Positions 1 through 9,243 of a stretch of 32,105 nt of DNA are shown one piece after another. The notes beneath the pieces were generated by a model. The model saw only the letters and a program-made list of their open reading frames with translations. It did no database searches and was not told the DNA's origin. Each line of letters starts with the position of its first letter. Position 1 is the stretch's first letter. This stretch comes from a virus (taxonomy: Duplodnaviria > Caudoviricetes): the IMG/VR virus record IMGVR_UViG_3300032243_001164, positions 1 through 32,105 of that record. The stretch is one strand, 5' to 3'. A program made the position numbers and the translations under genes.

Positions 1-476
1 CTGGTGGTGCCACCTGATCCGCCACTGGCTCCGCCTGAATATCTACCATCGCGAGACGCACCTGCACCACCGGCGCCACCTATGGAGAAACTGATTCCTT
101 GTCCCGGTGTAACTGGTATTCCTGTGGCATAGGCGTTGCCGCCTGAACCACCACCACCGCCGCCGGTGAAGTAACCAGCAAAACTACTACGGCCTGATCC
201 ACCACCACCGCCACCACCACCGCCAATCACAAGAACATTGATGGTAGTTCCACTGGTTGATGGTAGAGAGTAAGTTGAGCCCGATGTCAATACCCCGCTG
301 TTGCCTGGCACAGTGTAGGCTTTGCTGTAACCATCACTCATGGCAATCGTACCACTGCTTTTGCCAAACAGAGTTCTAACTTTTGTATCGTTTAGTGAAA
401 TTGTAGCAGTACTAGAATTACCAAGTTCGGTATTGATCGCACTAAAACTCATTGCACCTGATGACGGGGTTGTCAT
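1..476 (-). CDS. Glycine-rich fibre-tip adhesin, T-even gp38-like (runs off the window; not in the ORF track)
   Basis: Manual translation from ATG 476, with GAGGAG just upstream, gives MTTPSSGAMSFSAINTELGNSSTATISLNDTKVRTLFGKSSG...VLVIGGGGGGGGSGRSSFAGYFTGGGGGGSGG...GGAGGAG and stays open to the window edge. The polyglycine runs and the position directly after a fibre with an S74 chaperone mirror T2/S16 gp37-gp38. Confidence 0.7.
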   Translation of the reverse strand, partial: MTTPSSGAMSFSAINTELGNSSTATISLNDTKVRTLFGKSSGTIAMSDGYSKAYTVPGNSGVLTSGSTYSLPSTSGTTINVLVIGGGGGGGGGSGRSSFAGYFTGGGGGGSGGNAYATGIPVTPGQGISFSIGGAGGAGASRDGRYSGGASGGSGGTT

Positions 477-486
477 GAGCTACTCC

Positions 487-1722
487 TCAATCTTGTTTGG
501 CTTCTAGTGCTTCCACCCGAGCCAACAGCTGAGCAATGGCGCCAAATGCCAGTGTACCTAATTTTTCATAGTCCACTGCCAGTGAGCCATCTGGGCGTGT
601 GCGAACAGCTTGCGGGAACACACGCTGTACATCCTGCGCTATGACACCAAAATCCGACTTCTGTACAAAGTAACCGTCTGCGCCTCCGTGGTCCGCAATG
701 TAAGCATCGGTCCAGTCAAACAATTTACTGCCGATAGCGGTCACAATCGACAAGGCGTTGGGTACATCCTGCACATTTTCTTTGAACTGTGCGTCTGAAC
801 TGTAGTACGCTGTGATGTTGTTGGTGGCACGAATCTCACCGCCTGTGCCTGAACCTGCGGTACCAACACCCACCGAGTTGAATTGCGAGTTTTGTGTGGT
901 ACTGGTAAACGTGCCTGCTGATCCTGTGGTGTTTTGATTCAATGTTGCCACATAACTTGCACCAATTGGAGTGCCTTGCCAGGTGCCAGTGGCTATTGTA
1001 CCTACACCAGTGATGTTGGTATAAGAACCGTTGATATAACTTGTACCTATTACGCTACCTTGCCAGGTACCAGTGGCTATGGTACCTACACCAGTGATAC
1101 CAGTATACGAACCGCTGATCTGAGCAGAAGGAACAGTACCACTTGATAGGTTGCTGGCATTCAGGCTGGTCAAGTATGTGCCGGTGCCAATCACATTGGC
1201 ACCAATGTTGCCCATGGTGGCTGAGCGAACAACTAGCGCATCAATTGAGTTTACATATTCGGTGGTTTCAACTGTGGTGTTGTTGATGGTGGTTGTGGTA
1301 CCGTTGATTGTCAAGTTGCCGCTGATGGTCATGGCGCCACCGACATATACGTTACCACCAATACCAGCGCCGCCGGTGACTTGTAAGGCGCCTGTTGTTG
1401 TGCTGGTGGACGCTGTGCTGTTAGAAATTCGTGTAATACCGCTTGCTGTTAAATTACCAGAAGCTGTTAAATTACCAGCGGCTGTTGTGTCTGTGGAGCT
1501 GATGGTTAATTGCGGTGTTCCTGAAATATTTGCAAATACGTTGGTTGCAGTAACTACAACATTACTGGTTCCGCTGTATATTTTGCTGGTACTTATGCCA
1601 AGATAAGTTCCGCCACCAGTGACGCTCACATTGCCAGTGGTCACTATGTCGCCGTTGCCACCAAAAATCATTGTTGGGCCACAAGTCAAACCATCGACTA
1701 GAGTAAAATTTGTATTAGCCAT
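487..1722 (-). CDS. Fibre protein with C-terminal intramolecular chaperone (Peptidase_S74-like)
   Basis: 411 aa with a G/T/N-rich shaft. The C-terminus SSDAQFKENV...FDW...GVIAQDVQRVFPQAV...VDYEKL...LLARVEALE has the S-D-x-x-x-K cleavage motif, the GxIAQ motif and the terminal coiled coil. Confidence 0.85.
   Translation of the reverse strand: MANTNFTLVDGLTCGPTMIFGGNGDIVTTGNVSVTGGGTYLGISTSKIYSGTSNVVVTATNVFANISGTPQLTISSTDTTAAGNLTASGNLTASGITRISNSTASTSTTTGALQVTGGAGIGGNVYVGGAMTISGNLTINGTTTTINNTTVETTEYVNSIDALVVRSATMGNIGANVIGTGTYLTSLNASNLSSGTVPSAQISGSYTGITGVGTIATGTWQGSVIGTSYINGSYTNITGVGTIATGTWQGTPIGASYVATLNQNTTGSAGTFTSTTQNSQFNSVGVGTAGSGTGGEIRATNNITAYYSSDAQFKENVQDVPNALSIVTAIGSKLFDWTDAYIADHGGADGYFVQKSDFGVIAQDVQRVFPQAVRTRPDGSLAVDYEKLGTLAFGAIAQLLARVEALEAKQD
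952..1119 (-). repeat. Tandem in-frame duplication, 2 x 84 bp (28 aa)
   Basis: ISGSYTGITGVGTIATGTWQGSVIGTSY / INGSYTNITGVGTIATGTWQGTPIGASY; matching DNA starts at 979 and 1063. Confidence 0.9.
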
Positions 1723-1728
1723 ATAGTA

Positions 1729-1734
1729 TATTTA
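1729..1734 (-). promoter_or_regulatory. T4-late-like promoter core TAAATA, 6 nt upstream of ATG (probably leaderless)
   Basis: Minus strand reads GATAAATA-TACTAT-ATG; intergenic, no Shine-Dalgarno. Confidence 0.75.
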
Positions 1735-1752
1735 TCCATCAATAATATAAAA

Positions 1753-2268
1753 TCAAACTGGGATTAAAGTTCTAACCAATTTGACTGTGTTGTTTGCGCT
1801 CACTCCAGTGCCCCATAGTATGACGTTGCCCGATGTGATGTTTGAAGTAAACGTCATTCTAGTGCTGGATCCAGTGGTCACTTCACCATAACTGGTGATG
1901 GTTGATGTTGTGCCATTTTGGACCAAGATTACCTCTACTGTTTGATACTGCGAGTTTGTGACATCTGTGGTGCTGACCACATATTTAGCACTGCGATATG
2001 CAGTATTGCTAAACCAATCAATGGCCACTGGAGCTGTGCCAATGCTGGTGACGGTTCTGCTACTTTCAAGTATGGGCACTGTGCCGTAGGTCAAGTTGGC
2101 GCCAATGTTGACATCGCCTGCAATGCCTGCACCACCTGCAACAACAAGTGCGCCTGTTGTGGTGCTGGTACTGGTGGTGGTTCCTGACATGTTGGCCGAG
2201 GCCGCATTGGCCCAAGTATCTATTACAAGATTACCATAAATTCGTGTGCCTGATAAGAGTTTAGCCAT
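1753..2268 (-). CDS. Short virion fibre/adaptor protein with C-terminal 'YRSAKY' beta domain
   Basis: 171 aa with one TSTTTGALVVAGGAGI shaft motif. The last ~90 aa (IDWFSNTAYRSAKYVV...EVILVQNGT) are homologous to the C-termini of the 2076-aa and 774-aa proteins. Confidence 0.75.
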   Translation of the reverse strand: MAKLLSGTRIYGNLVIDTWANAASANMSGTTTSTSTTTGALVVAGGAGIAGDVNIGANLTYGTVPILESSRTVTSIGTAPVAIDWFSNTAYRSAKYVVSTTDVTNSQYQTVEVILVQNGTTSTITSYGEVTTGSSTRMTFTSNITSGNVILWGTGVSANNTVKLVRTLIPV

Positions 2269-2273
2269 AGTAG

Positions 2274-2279
2274 TATTTA
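2274..2279 (-). promoter_or_regulatory. Late promoter core TAAATA, 5 nt upstream of ATG (probably leaderless)
   Basis: Minus strand reads AATAAATA-CTACT-ATG within an 18-bp intergenic gap. Confidence 0.75.
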
Positions 2280-2286
2280 TTGTACT

Positions 2287-4401
2287 TTATAGGTTGTACC
2301 TGCGGCGTAGGGCATTGTAGTTTTGAGTCGCTTCATCAGCAGTAAGTGCTCGGTTATACACTATGACATCACCTATCCATCCAGGAAAATTTTGTCCACT
2401 ATTGACTTCTCTGCCCACATAAGAATTCAATGTTGTAATAGGTACTATTGTTCCCATGGTTGCGCTAACAGACAAGTTACCATTAAGATATATATTCCCA
2501 ATATTAGCCACAGCATCATGAGTTATAGTGGCCAGATACCAAACATTTGTTTGACTGATTACATTGGCTGATAGATCATTATTAACTGACACACCATTTA
2601 AACTATAAGTCAGTAGTTGAGCTCCGTTGCGATTTATACACACAAACCACCCGCCAACCCCATCCCTGTTGGAAATAACACCCGATCTATTGACATTGTC
2701 TGTTGGCTTAAAAGCCATTGTTATGGTTCTTGACCCCGAAGAAACCAAATTGGCGGCCAATGTTGCGTAGTTGGTTCCAGCAAAATTAAACGATCCGCCT
2801 CCGGTGATTGAATCAAACGATGTACTTGATGTTAGTGTTCCGTTATTTTGTGCGGTGCTGAGATCTGTCCAGGTGGTGCCTGTGCCAGAGTAACTTGCAG
2901 TTTGTGTTGGGTCTAGCCATAGTACCACACTGGAATCAATGACTGGTGCGCCGGTAAACTCGTCGTAACTGTTGGTGACATACATGTTGCCGGTCCGGTC
3001 CTCACGCCGGGCAAAGTTTGGTGATATCAATGTGTTACCTGTAGTAACCCCTTGGTAGACCGTGGCCACATTGCCTGCTTCTGTTTGTGCGCCCCATACA
3101 TAAATTGATGATGTGCCGTCTCCGGTGTAACTACTAACGCTACTACTGTTGGCAATAAGAATTTCCGAACCAATTAGTGTTTCTGTACTACCCAAGTTCG
3201 CAGTCATTGAACATCTATACCACCCACTGCCAAAATCAGCAATATTAGAATACAGGAGTGTTGCACCATTGAATCCACCAGTGGTGCCTATTGTTCCTGT
3301 GGATACATTAAATATTGCCGATGCCTGGCGAACATATGATTGATATTCTTTCAATACCAACTGTATATTTCCTCTTGTATCGGCTTTGGCGTAAGCACTA
3401 AAAGTATAAGGGGACTGTAGAGCACCGGCAGCAACAGGACGACCTATATTTATTATGTGTCTATTGTTGGCGGTATTTTCTGTTAATTTATTTGCGGTTT
3501 GCGAACCATCGGGTGCCAAGCCAGCATTGCTGGTAGATGTTATATTGCCCGAACTCCAACCGGCTGCAAACTGTTGACTGTAAGTCAATATATTCTTAAT
3601 AGCAGAAATACCAACAGTCGAATTGTAAGTGACCTCGTCAAAATTACCAGTGGCGTACACAGTATCAGGTGCAGTCTTTGTGGCCCACACTGGGGTTAAC
3701 GGAGTGGGCTTACTGCCGGCTGAGTAAGGTGCCGCGTTTAGCCCATTGCCTTGGTATGCAGTGGCCGTAGCACTTGCTTCTAACTGTGCGCCCCAAAGGT
3801 ACATACCACTGGCGCCATCGCCCACATACGTTCCCAGTCCACTGGCGTTTTTCATACGGCACAAGTCCAATACCGTGGATCCTGTTTGTGTGGCAGTAAA
3901 AGTAAAGCCCACACGGTACCATCCGTTGTCGATGTAGGTGATAAAGTAAGAAATTGGTGAGCCATTGTATATACTGGCAGTACCGGCACTTAAATCCACA
4001 TTTATACCCACCCTGCCGGCTGTTTCCTCATGAAACAGTATAAACTGTGTACGCTCAGCGGCTTTGGCATATATGCTAAGAGTATAAACTGTGCCTGCAA
4101 CAAATTGGCTCCAATTGTTATAAATTCGATGTATTTGACTGCCCATGGATGCGGGCATGTCGATCAATTTGCCAGCAAGCGAGCCAGGCATGGGGCCAAC
4201 AGTGGCATTAAAAACTATTTCGTTTGGAGATGTGTTATAAAACCAACCACTTTGATCTCCGGCAGTCCACGCGGTGTAATACTCGCTCCAGGCTAGTAAA
4301 TTTTTAACAACACCAGAACTGGTATTGTAAGTAACCTCATCAATGGCACCATTGACCAACAAGGTACCGGCGTTGGTTAATCTAGTTGATATTGTGGCCA
4401 C
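2287..4401 (-). CDS. Putative receptor-binding protein: two tandem carbohydrate-binding-like beta-sandwich domains plus C-terminal ConA/LamG-like domain
   Basis: 704 aa, GTG start. The unit DEVTYN...KN(L/I)L..S...YT(L/F)S.YAKA...GWYR...Y(L/V)WGAQ.EA...AT.YQG occurs twice. The C-terminus VLWLDPTQTASYSGTGTTWTDLS...WY...T....IYLNG...IGDVIVYNRALTADE is typical of LamG-like folds. Confidence 0.75.
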   Translation of the reverse strand: MATISTRLTNAGTLLVNGAIDEVTYNTSSGVVKNLLAWSEYYTAWTAGDQSGWFYNTSPNEIVFNATVGPMPGSLAGKLIDMPASMGSQIHRIYNNWSQFVAGTVYTLSIYAKAAERTQFILFHEETAGRVGINVDLSAGTASIYNGSPISYFITYIDNGWYRVGFTFTATQTGSTVLDLCRMKNASGLGTYVGDGASGMYLWGAQLEASATATAYQGNGLNAAPYSAGSKPTPLTPVWATKTAPDTVYATGNFDEVTYNSTVGISAIKNILTYSQQFAAGWSSGNITSTSNAGLAPDGSQTANKLTENTANNRHIINIGRPVAAGALQSPYTFSAYAKADTRGNIQLVLKEYQSYVRQASAIFNVSTGTIGTTGGFNGATLLYSNIADFGSGWYRCSMTANLGSTETLIGSEILIANSSSVSSYTGDGTSSIYVWGAQTEAGNVATVYQGVTTGNTLISPNFARREDRTGNMYVTNSYDEFTGAPVIDSSVVLWLDPTQTASYSGTGTTWTDLSTAQNNGTLTSSTSFDSITGGGSFNFAGTNYATLAANLVSSGSRTITMAFKPTDNVNRSGVISNRDGVGGWFVCINRNGAQLLTYSLNGVSVNNDLSANVISQTNVWYLATITHDAVANIGNIYLNGNLSVSATMGTIVPITTLNSYVGREVNSGQNFPGWIGDVIVYNRALTADEATQNYNALRRRYNL

Positions 4402-4404
4402 GGC

Positions 4405-6942
4405 TTATCCAAACACAGTGTCAATACTGTTTGTTGCTGAATTAAAAACTGTATAGGCACTGCTTACTGAGTTGGCCCAGGTGTAGCCGTGTTTACTATT
4501 AGTACCAATGGCGTAAATGTTGCCACTGGCATTGATGTTACCGCCAACGCCCACACCGCCTGCTACTTGTAAGGCACCTGTTACATTTGATGTTGATGCC
4601 TGAGCGTTTGCAACTACCACTGTATTTGCCAGTGTATTGACTGAGAAAACTGGATTAGATGATAATGGATTTATTACATTAAAATACCCAGTGCCACCAG
4701 ATCCAGGCCAAATGTTAATGTTGGCATTCAGGGCTGTTGTGCCAGTATGACCAACTATGATGTTGTTTGATGCATCTTTACCAATTACTTGTCTAAAATA
4801 ATAAGTTCCAGTTTGACCAATATTGGCGTAGATGCCCCAGTTACTACCTGGAACGGCAATCGCTGTACCATATGTTCCGCCAGCCACATCAGTGACACTG
4901 GTTGGGGTTACATAGTGATAGCCACCGCTAAACACATTACCACTTATACCTGCGCCACCCGACACAATCAGCGCACCAGTGCTGATACTGGTTGATACGT
5001 TAGCGTTGGTGATGACTACTGGACTCGAGGTCGAGACATTGCCGGTACCCTTTCCACTGAGAGAAAGATCTATGTTGGCATCTACTGTACCTGCCACATA
5101 GATAGCAGGACCAGACCCAGAGTTTGCTCCCCTTACAATGAGATAATTTGTTTCGGTATTACCAGACTGGTAAGTAACCAACATCTGCCGGCGGCCGCCA
5201 CTCTGTAACTCAACCTGGGCATAACCTTTTGGTTGCAAAGACAATACAATATTACTATCACTGCCCTGGGCACTAATAGCAGGATTGCTGCCGGTAGCGG
5301 CACCAGTCACTGCCACATAATTGACTGCACCAGCTGTGTCGCCAACTCTAAACTGTGTGGCGGTGTTGGCGCCAGTACGCAAGTTGATGCCACTGGTGCC
5401 ACGAGATACAAGATTTAATTCAACATTGGTTTCACCTTGTGCTCGAATTGTGGGACCATTACCGGTTGTGCCTCCGGTTATTTCAGTGTAATTGACCGCA
5501 CTACCAGTGTGTACAATTTTGAGTTGTGTGGTTCCTGCATAACCCAATGCCCCGTTTGTGGTAACATATATACCGTCTGACCCAAGACTGCTGATCCTGG
5601 GATTTTGTCCCAGTTGAACTATGGCCGCACCATACTGATTTTGTGGTGGTACTAATGCAAATTGCGGAGAAGCAAAGCTGGTATTGTAGTAGTCGCTAGA
5701 AACTGAATTGTTGCTGTAGATTCTTAACACATCCAACGAAACATTACCACCAAGCGACAGTACATTACCACTTGGTATCAAACTGGTTGATGTTGTGATA
5801 TTGCCGCCAATTATAGCATTACCACTTATACCTGCACCACCTGCGACAATTAACGCACCAGTATTTGTGCTGGTTGATGTGTTGGTATTGGTAAATCTTA
5901 CTATGTTAGCAGTAGTAATATTGCCATTACCTTGGGCTTGTAATACTATGTCAATGTTGGCATTAGTACCAAGCGCAGAAATCGTTGGGCTTGTGTTTAC
6001 TGCCGCACCAGTTACTTGTAGATAGTTTACTACTGTGGCACCGGATGTAGGTGGGTATACAGCAAATGCTGTAGTACCGTTTTGTGGACCAAATGTAATA
6101 CCGCTTGTGGCATCACTTGTACTAAATCCAAGGTTACCTGTAATAGATTTGTGTAAAGCACGTGGGCTGTCTTGTCCGTTAATACGGAAGCCATTCATGT
6201 AGGAATAACCAGTTACATACAGTGACCAAGGTTGGTTGCCGCTCCACGAATTTGTTTGGCTAATGTATACCAATGCGTTGGCACCGCTGTTGCTACCACC
6301 ATCGCCAAATGTATTGCCAGTGATGTTAAGTACGGATCCACCTGTGTTATATAAGTTAACACCATTACCAAGTGCTGTTTGACCACCAACGTTTAAGTTG
6401 CCGGTGATGCCCGCGCCACCTGTTACCACCAAGGCACCTGTTGTGGTACTGGTACTGGCTGTGCCCGAATTGGCCACCAAGTTGCCCGACACAATCTCTA
6501 CACTGGTCACTATTTCTCGGTTCAGTGTGGTGATGTTGCCCACCACCAGCAAGTTGCCGCCCACATAGGCATCACCAGATGTTACAGAACTGACTGCGTA
6601 CACTCCGGTGTTGGATATCAAATTGCCCAGGGTCAAGTTACCAACAATGCCAATTATGCCACCGTTGACTGTCAACACATTGCCTACTGTTAGGTTGGCA
6701 TACGATGAGACGGTGATGTTGGAATCTGTTGCGCCCGAGTTTGATGTGAACGCTGTGATGATGCTTTGTGAGCTTTCGCTCCAGTACAAGGCCACGTTTG
6801 ACACCAGGCCGTTGGCACGGTTAAACAAAAATCCTACATCCACGTTGGCATTGGTTGCGCCTTGGTGAAGCACCGTGATTGGGTCAGCTTCAGCCACAAC
6901 ACTGGTGTTTAACTGACTAAATCGGGGTCTTGTTAATGCCAT
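4405..6942 (-). CDS. Long fibre protein with repeated shaft and knob modules
   Basis: 845 aa with four TGALxVxGGxG(I/V)xG motifs and four copies of NY..(V/I).G.....P.I.A.G...N(I/V).(L/I).L...G. The N-terminal knob resembles that of the 2076-aa fibre. Confidence 0.75.
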   Translation of the reverse strand: MALTRPRFSQLNTSVVAEADPITVLHQGATNANVDVGFLFNRANGLVSNVALYWSESSQSIITAFTSNSGATDSNITVSSYANLTVGNVLTVNGGIIGIVGNLTLGNLISNTGVYAVSSVTSGDAYVGGNLLVVGNITTLNREIVTSVEIVSGNLVANSGTASTSTTTGALVVTGGAGITGNLNVGGQTALGNGVNLYNTGGSVLNITGNTFGDGGSNSGANALVYISQTNSWSGNQPWSLYVTGYSYMNGFRINGQDSPRALHKSITGNLGFSTSDATSGITFGPQNGTTAFAVYPPTSGATVVNYLQVTGAAVNTSPTISALGTNANIDIVLQAQGNGNITTANIVRFTNTNTSTSTNTGALIVAGGAGISGNAIIGGNITTSTSLIPSGNVLSLGGNVSLDVLRIYSNNSVSSDYYNTSFASPQFALVPPQNQYGAAIVQLGQNPRISSLGSDGIYVTTNGALGYAGTTQLKIVHTGSAVNYTEITGGTTGNGPTIRAQGETNVELNLVSRGTSGINLRTGANTATQFRVGDTAGAVNYVAVTGAATGSNPAISAQGSDSNIVLSLQPKGYAQVELQSGGRRQMLVTYQSGNTETNYLIVRGANSGSGPAIYVAGTVDANIDLSLSGKGTGNVSTSSPVVITNANVSTSISTGALIVSGGAGISGNVFSGGYHYVTPTSVTDVAGGTYGTAIAVPGSNWGIYANIGQTGTYYFRQVIGKDASNNIIVGHTGTTALNANINIWPGSGGTGYFNVINPLSSNPVFSVNTLANTVVVANAQASTSNVTGALQVAGGVGVGGNINASGNIYAIGTNSKHGYTWANSVSSAYTVFNSATNSIDTVFG

Positions 6943-6968
6943 TATCTTATATCCAAATTACTAATATG

Positions 6969-6974
6969 TATTTA
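6969..6974 (-). promoter_or_regulatory. Late promoter core TAAATA
   Basis: GATAAATA just downstream of the terminator, 26 nt upstream of ATG 6942. Confidence 0.75.
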
Positions 6975-6982
6975 TCTGTAAT

Positions 6983-7008
6983 AAAAAAAGGGCCCTAAGG
7001 CCCTTTTT
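6983..7008 (-). terminator. Intrinsic terminator (possibly bidirectional)
   Basis: Minus strand AAAAAGGGCC-TTAG-GGCCCTTTTTTT, downstream of the 711-aa gene. Confidence 0.9.
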
Positions 7009-7022
7009 GTGGACAAAAGCTA

Positions 7023-9158
7023 TTAGACTCTGCCTACCACAACCTCAATCACTGCCTTACCAGGGAAAGTGACTTCTTGTAGTGCCTTGCCAATTACTTG
7101 ACCAACGCCAGCAGAATTGTTTACCTTGGCATAACCGTGTCCGGCTGATACCATTAGGTCACCCTTACGAACAGGACCAATCACTTGACAAGGAACACGC
7201 CCTTGTAGTGCCAATGGTATAATGTTGGTTCCTTGCAGGCCACCATTCATCAAGTGAGCTGGATTGGTAGAAACAACACCAGCTACTCGTGTGGTGTCTG
7301 AATCGGCTACAGTGACTTCTGCACTTCCGCCAAACATGACCACTGTACCAGGAGCGTATGCGCGATCGGCTTGATAGTTCTCTGCCAAGTCAGCATATTG
7401 AGCTTGTGTTGATTTACCGTAAATTGTATTGAACCAAGCAGTGGTTGAACCAATATCAACTACAGCATTAGCACCTGGCAGTATCTTGCCACTGTTTACA
7501 GTAATACCTACAGCATTAATGCTACTGGCGTATATGTTGTTCCAGTATGCTGTAGTTGATCCCAGGTTGACTGTGACGTTGCCACTGGGTAGATGAGTAC
7601 CACTGGTAACTTGACCACCAACATTCAAATTGCCCACAACGCCCACACCACCTGCCGCTATCAACGAACCTGTTGTTGTACTGGTACTGACTGTTGCGGC
7701 ACCAGCCACAATGTTACCTGTGGTAACAGCAAATCCACCACCTGCTGGAGCAGACATTGTGGTACCACCCAAGTCAATGGTTGTACCAGACAAATACAAG
7801 TCTTTCCAACGTGCTGTCGGGCTACCCAAGTTGTATGTAACGTTGGCACTTGGTAGTACACTACCTGTGACTGTCACGTTGGCGCCCACATTCATTGCGC
7901 CGCCCACGCCAACACCACCTGTGACCACCAATGCACCAGTGCCGGTGCCCGAAGAAGCTGTGTTATTTGTAACTGATGTTACACCACTTGCACTCAGTGT
8001 GGTGAATACACCTGTGCCTTGAGCACCGGATGTGGTTACAATGTTGGCATAAGTTGAACCATCATTGGTCAATTGCCATGTATCAACTGTCTCTGCCCAT
8101 TTTAGTTGTACCGCTGATGAATCACCGCGCAGTATGCGAATACCAGCATCTTCTGTCGGAGTTCCTGTTGTCACGTCACTGTTTAGATCAATGATGTTGT
8201 CAGCCACACTCAATGTTGAAGTGTTAACTGTTGTGGTTGTACCGCTGATGGTCAAGTTACCAGTGATGGTACAATCATCATTGATGTAAACTTTACCAGT
8301 GCCCGCGGCAGTGACCGTTAAATCTGTGTTGGCTGATTTGCTTGTGATGCTGTCAACTGCGATCTGGTTCGCAAAACCAATTGCATTGCCGTCGCTAGAA
8401 GTAAAGTTCTTACCAGCGGTGACTTTGATTGTGCCTTGTAGAGCAATAGTACCTGTGCCTGATGGATTGACCTGAATATCACCAGTACCGCTGGTTCTAA
8501 TGCTCAAGTTTTGATCTATATCCGTACTCAGTTGTATTGTGCCCGAGTTGTCACTAAGAACTTGCTTGCCGTTAACATACAAAGATCCTGGACCAACGAA
8601 AATATCTTTCCACATTTTTGTTGTGCTACCCAGGGTGTAGGCAATGTTGGCTCCGGGTAATATACTACCGTTGAGCCAAACGTTGCCTGCGCCCACTGTG
8701 GCAGACTGAATGTACATCACGTTGCCGCTGTTTATGCCAAGGGTTATACTGCCACTGCCTACTGTTACGTTGCTTGTTCCATTACTGATGCTACTGGCAC
8801 TGAGTGTTTGCCAAGTTAAACCAGCACCGTTAGAGCTTAAAAATTGACCAGCAGTACCAGTGCTGTTGTTGACATAGATATTGCCAATGGTCACATTGCC
8901 TAATGTGGTTAGACCTGAGCCGGCTGTGGCTGTGTTGGATGCTGTAGCAAGACTGGCGAGAGTTGGTGTACCACCTGTGGTTGCCACAGTTGTGGTTGTT
9001 CCAGCAGTTGTAAAAACTGTTGCTGTTGGGTTTGGTACCGCTGCCGTTGCCGCAGGTGCAATTGCTACTGCACCTGTTGTGGGATCTGCAGTAATCGTAG
9101 CACCCGATGAACCACCAATGCTAATGCCGTTTTGTACTATAAAATTTGCGTTTGCCAT
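7023..9158 (-). CDS. Fibre protein with C-terminal Peptidase_G2-like autoproteolytic intramolecular chaperone
   Basis: 711 aa. The C-terminus YADLAENY...GTVV...GVVSTNPA...LALQGRVPC.V.G.VRKGD..V.....G.A......G..IGKAL matches the phi29 gp12 appendage chaperone pattern (DxAE). The shaft has LGSxxxxW repeats. Confidence 0.8.
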   Translation of the reverse strand: MANANFIVQNGISIGGSSGATITADPTTGAVAIAPAATAAVPNPTATVFTTAGTTTTVATTGGTPTLASLATASNTATAGSGLTTLGNVTIGNIYVNNSTGTAGQFLSSNGAGLTWQTLSASSISNGTSNVTVGSGSITLGINSGNVMYIQSATVGAGNVWLNGSILPGANIAYTLGSTTKMWKDIFVGPGSLYVNGKQVLSDNSGTIQLSTDIDQNLSIRTSGTGDIQVNPSGTGTIALQGTIKVTAGKNFTSSDGNAIGFANQIAVDSITSKSANTDLTVTAAGTGKVYINDDCTITGNLTISGTTTTVNTSTLSVADNIIDLNSDVTTGTPTEDAGIRILRGDSSAVQLKWAETVDTWQLTNDGSTYANIVTTSGAQGTGVFTTLSASGVTSVTNNTASSGTGTGALVVTGGVGVGGAMNVGANVTVTGSVLPSANVTYNLGSPTARWKDLYLSGTTIDLGGTTMSAPAGGGFAVTTGNIVAGAATVSTSTTTGSLIAAGGVGVVGNLNVGGQVTSGTHLPSGNVTVNLGSTTAYWNNIYASSINAVGITVNSGKILPGANAVVDIGSTTAWFNTIYGKSTQAQYADLAENYQADRAYAPGTVVMFGGSAEVTVADSDTTRVAGVVSTNPAHLMNGGLQGTNIIPLALQGRVPCQVIGPVRKGDLMVSAGHGYAKVNNSAGVGQVIGKALQEVTFPGKAVIEVVVGRV

Positions 9159-9204
9159 TTGTTTTCCTTTTTCGTTTCACTATCCACGAAATTGTTTATT
9201 ACTA

Positions 9205-9233
9205 AGTTGGGGTTAGCCCGTCTAACCCCAACT
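9205..9233 (-). promoter_or_regulatory. Perfect 12-bp stem-loop without U-tract (mRNA stability/processing element?)
   Basis: AGTTGGGGTTAG-cccgt-CTAACCCCAACT between the 2076-aa and 711-aa genes. Confidence 0.6.
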
Positions 9234-9243
9234 ATCACTCGTT

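Noticed and set aside
2287-4401. Diversity-generating retroelement target
   Set aside because: No reverse transcriptase and no adenine-specific template/variable repeat pair is visible in the window.
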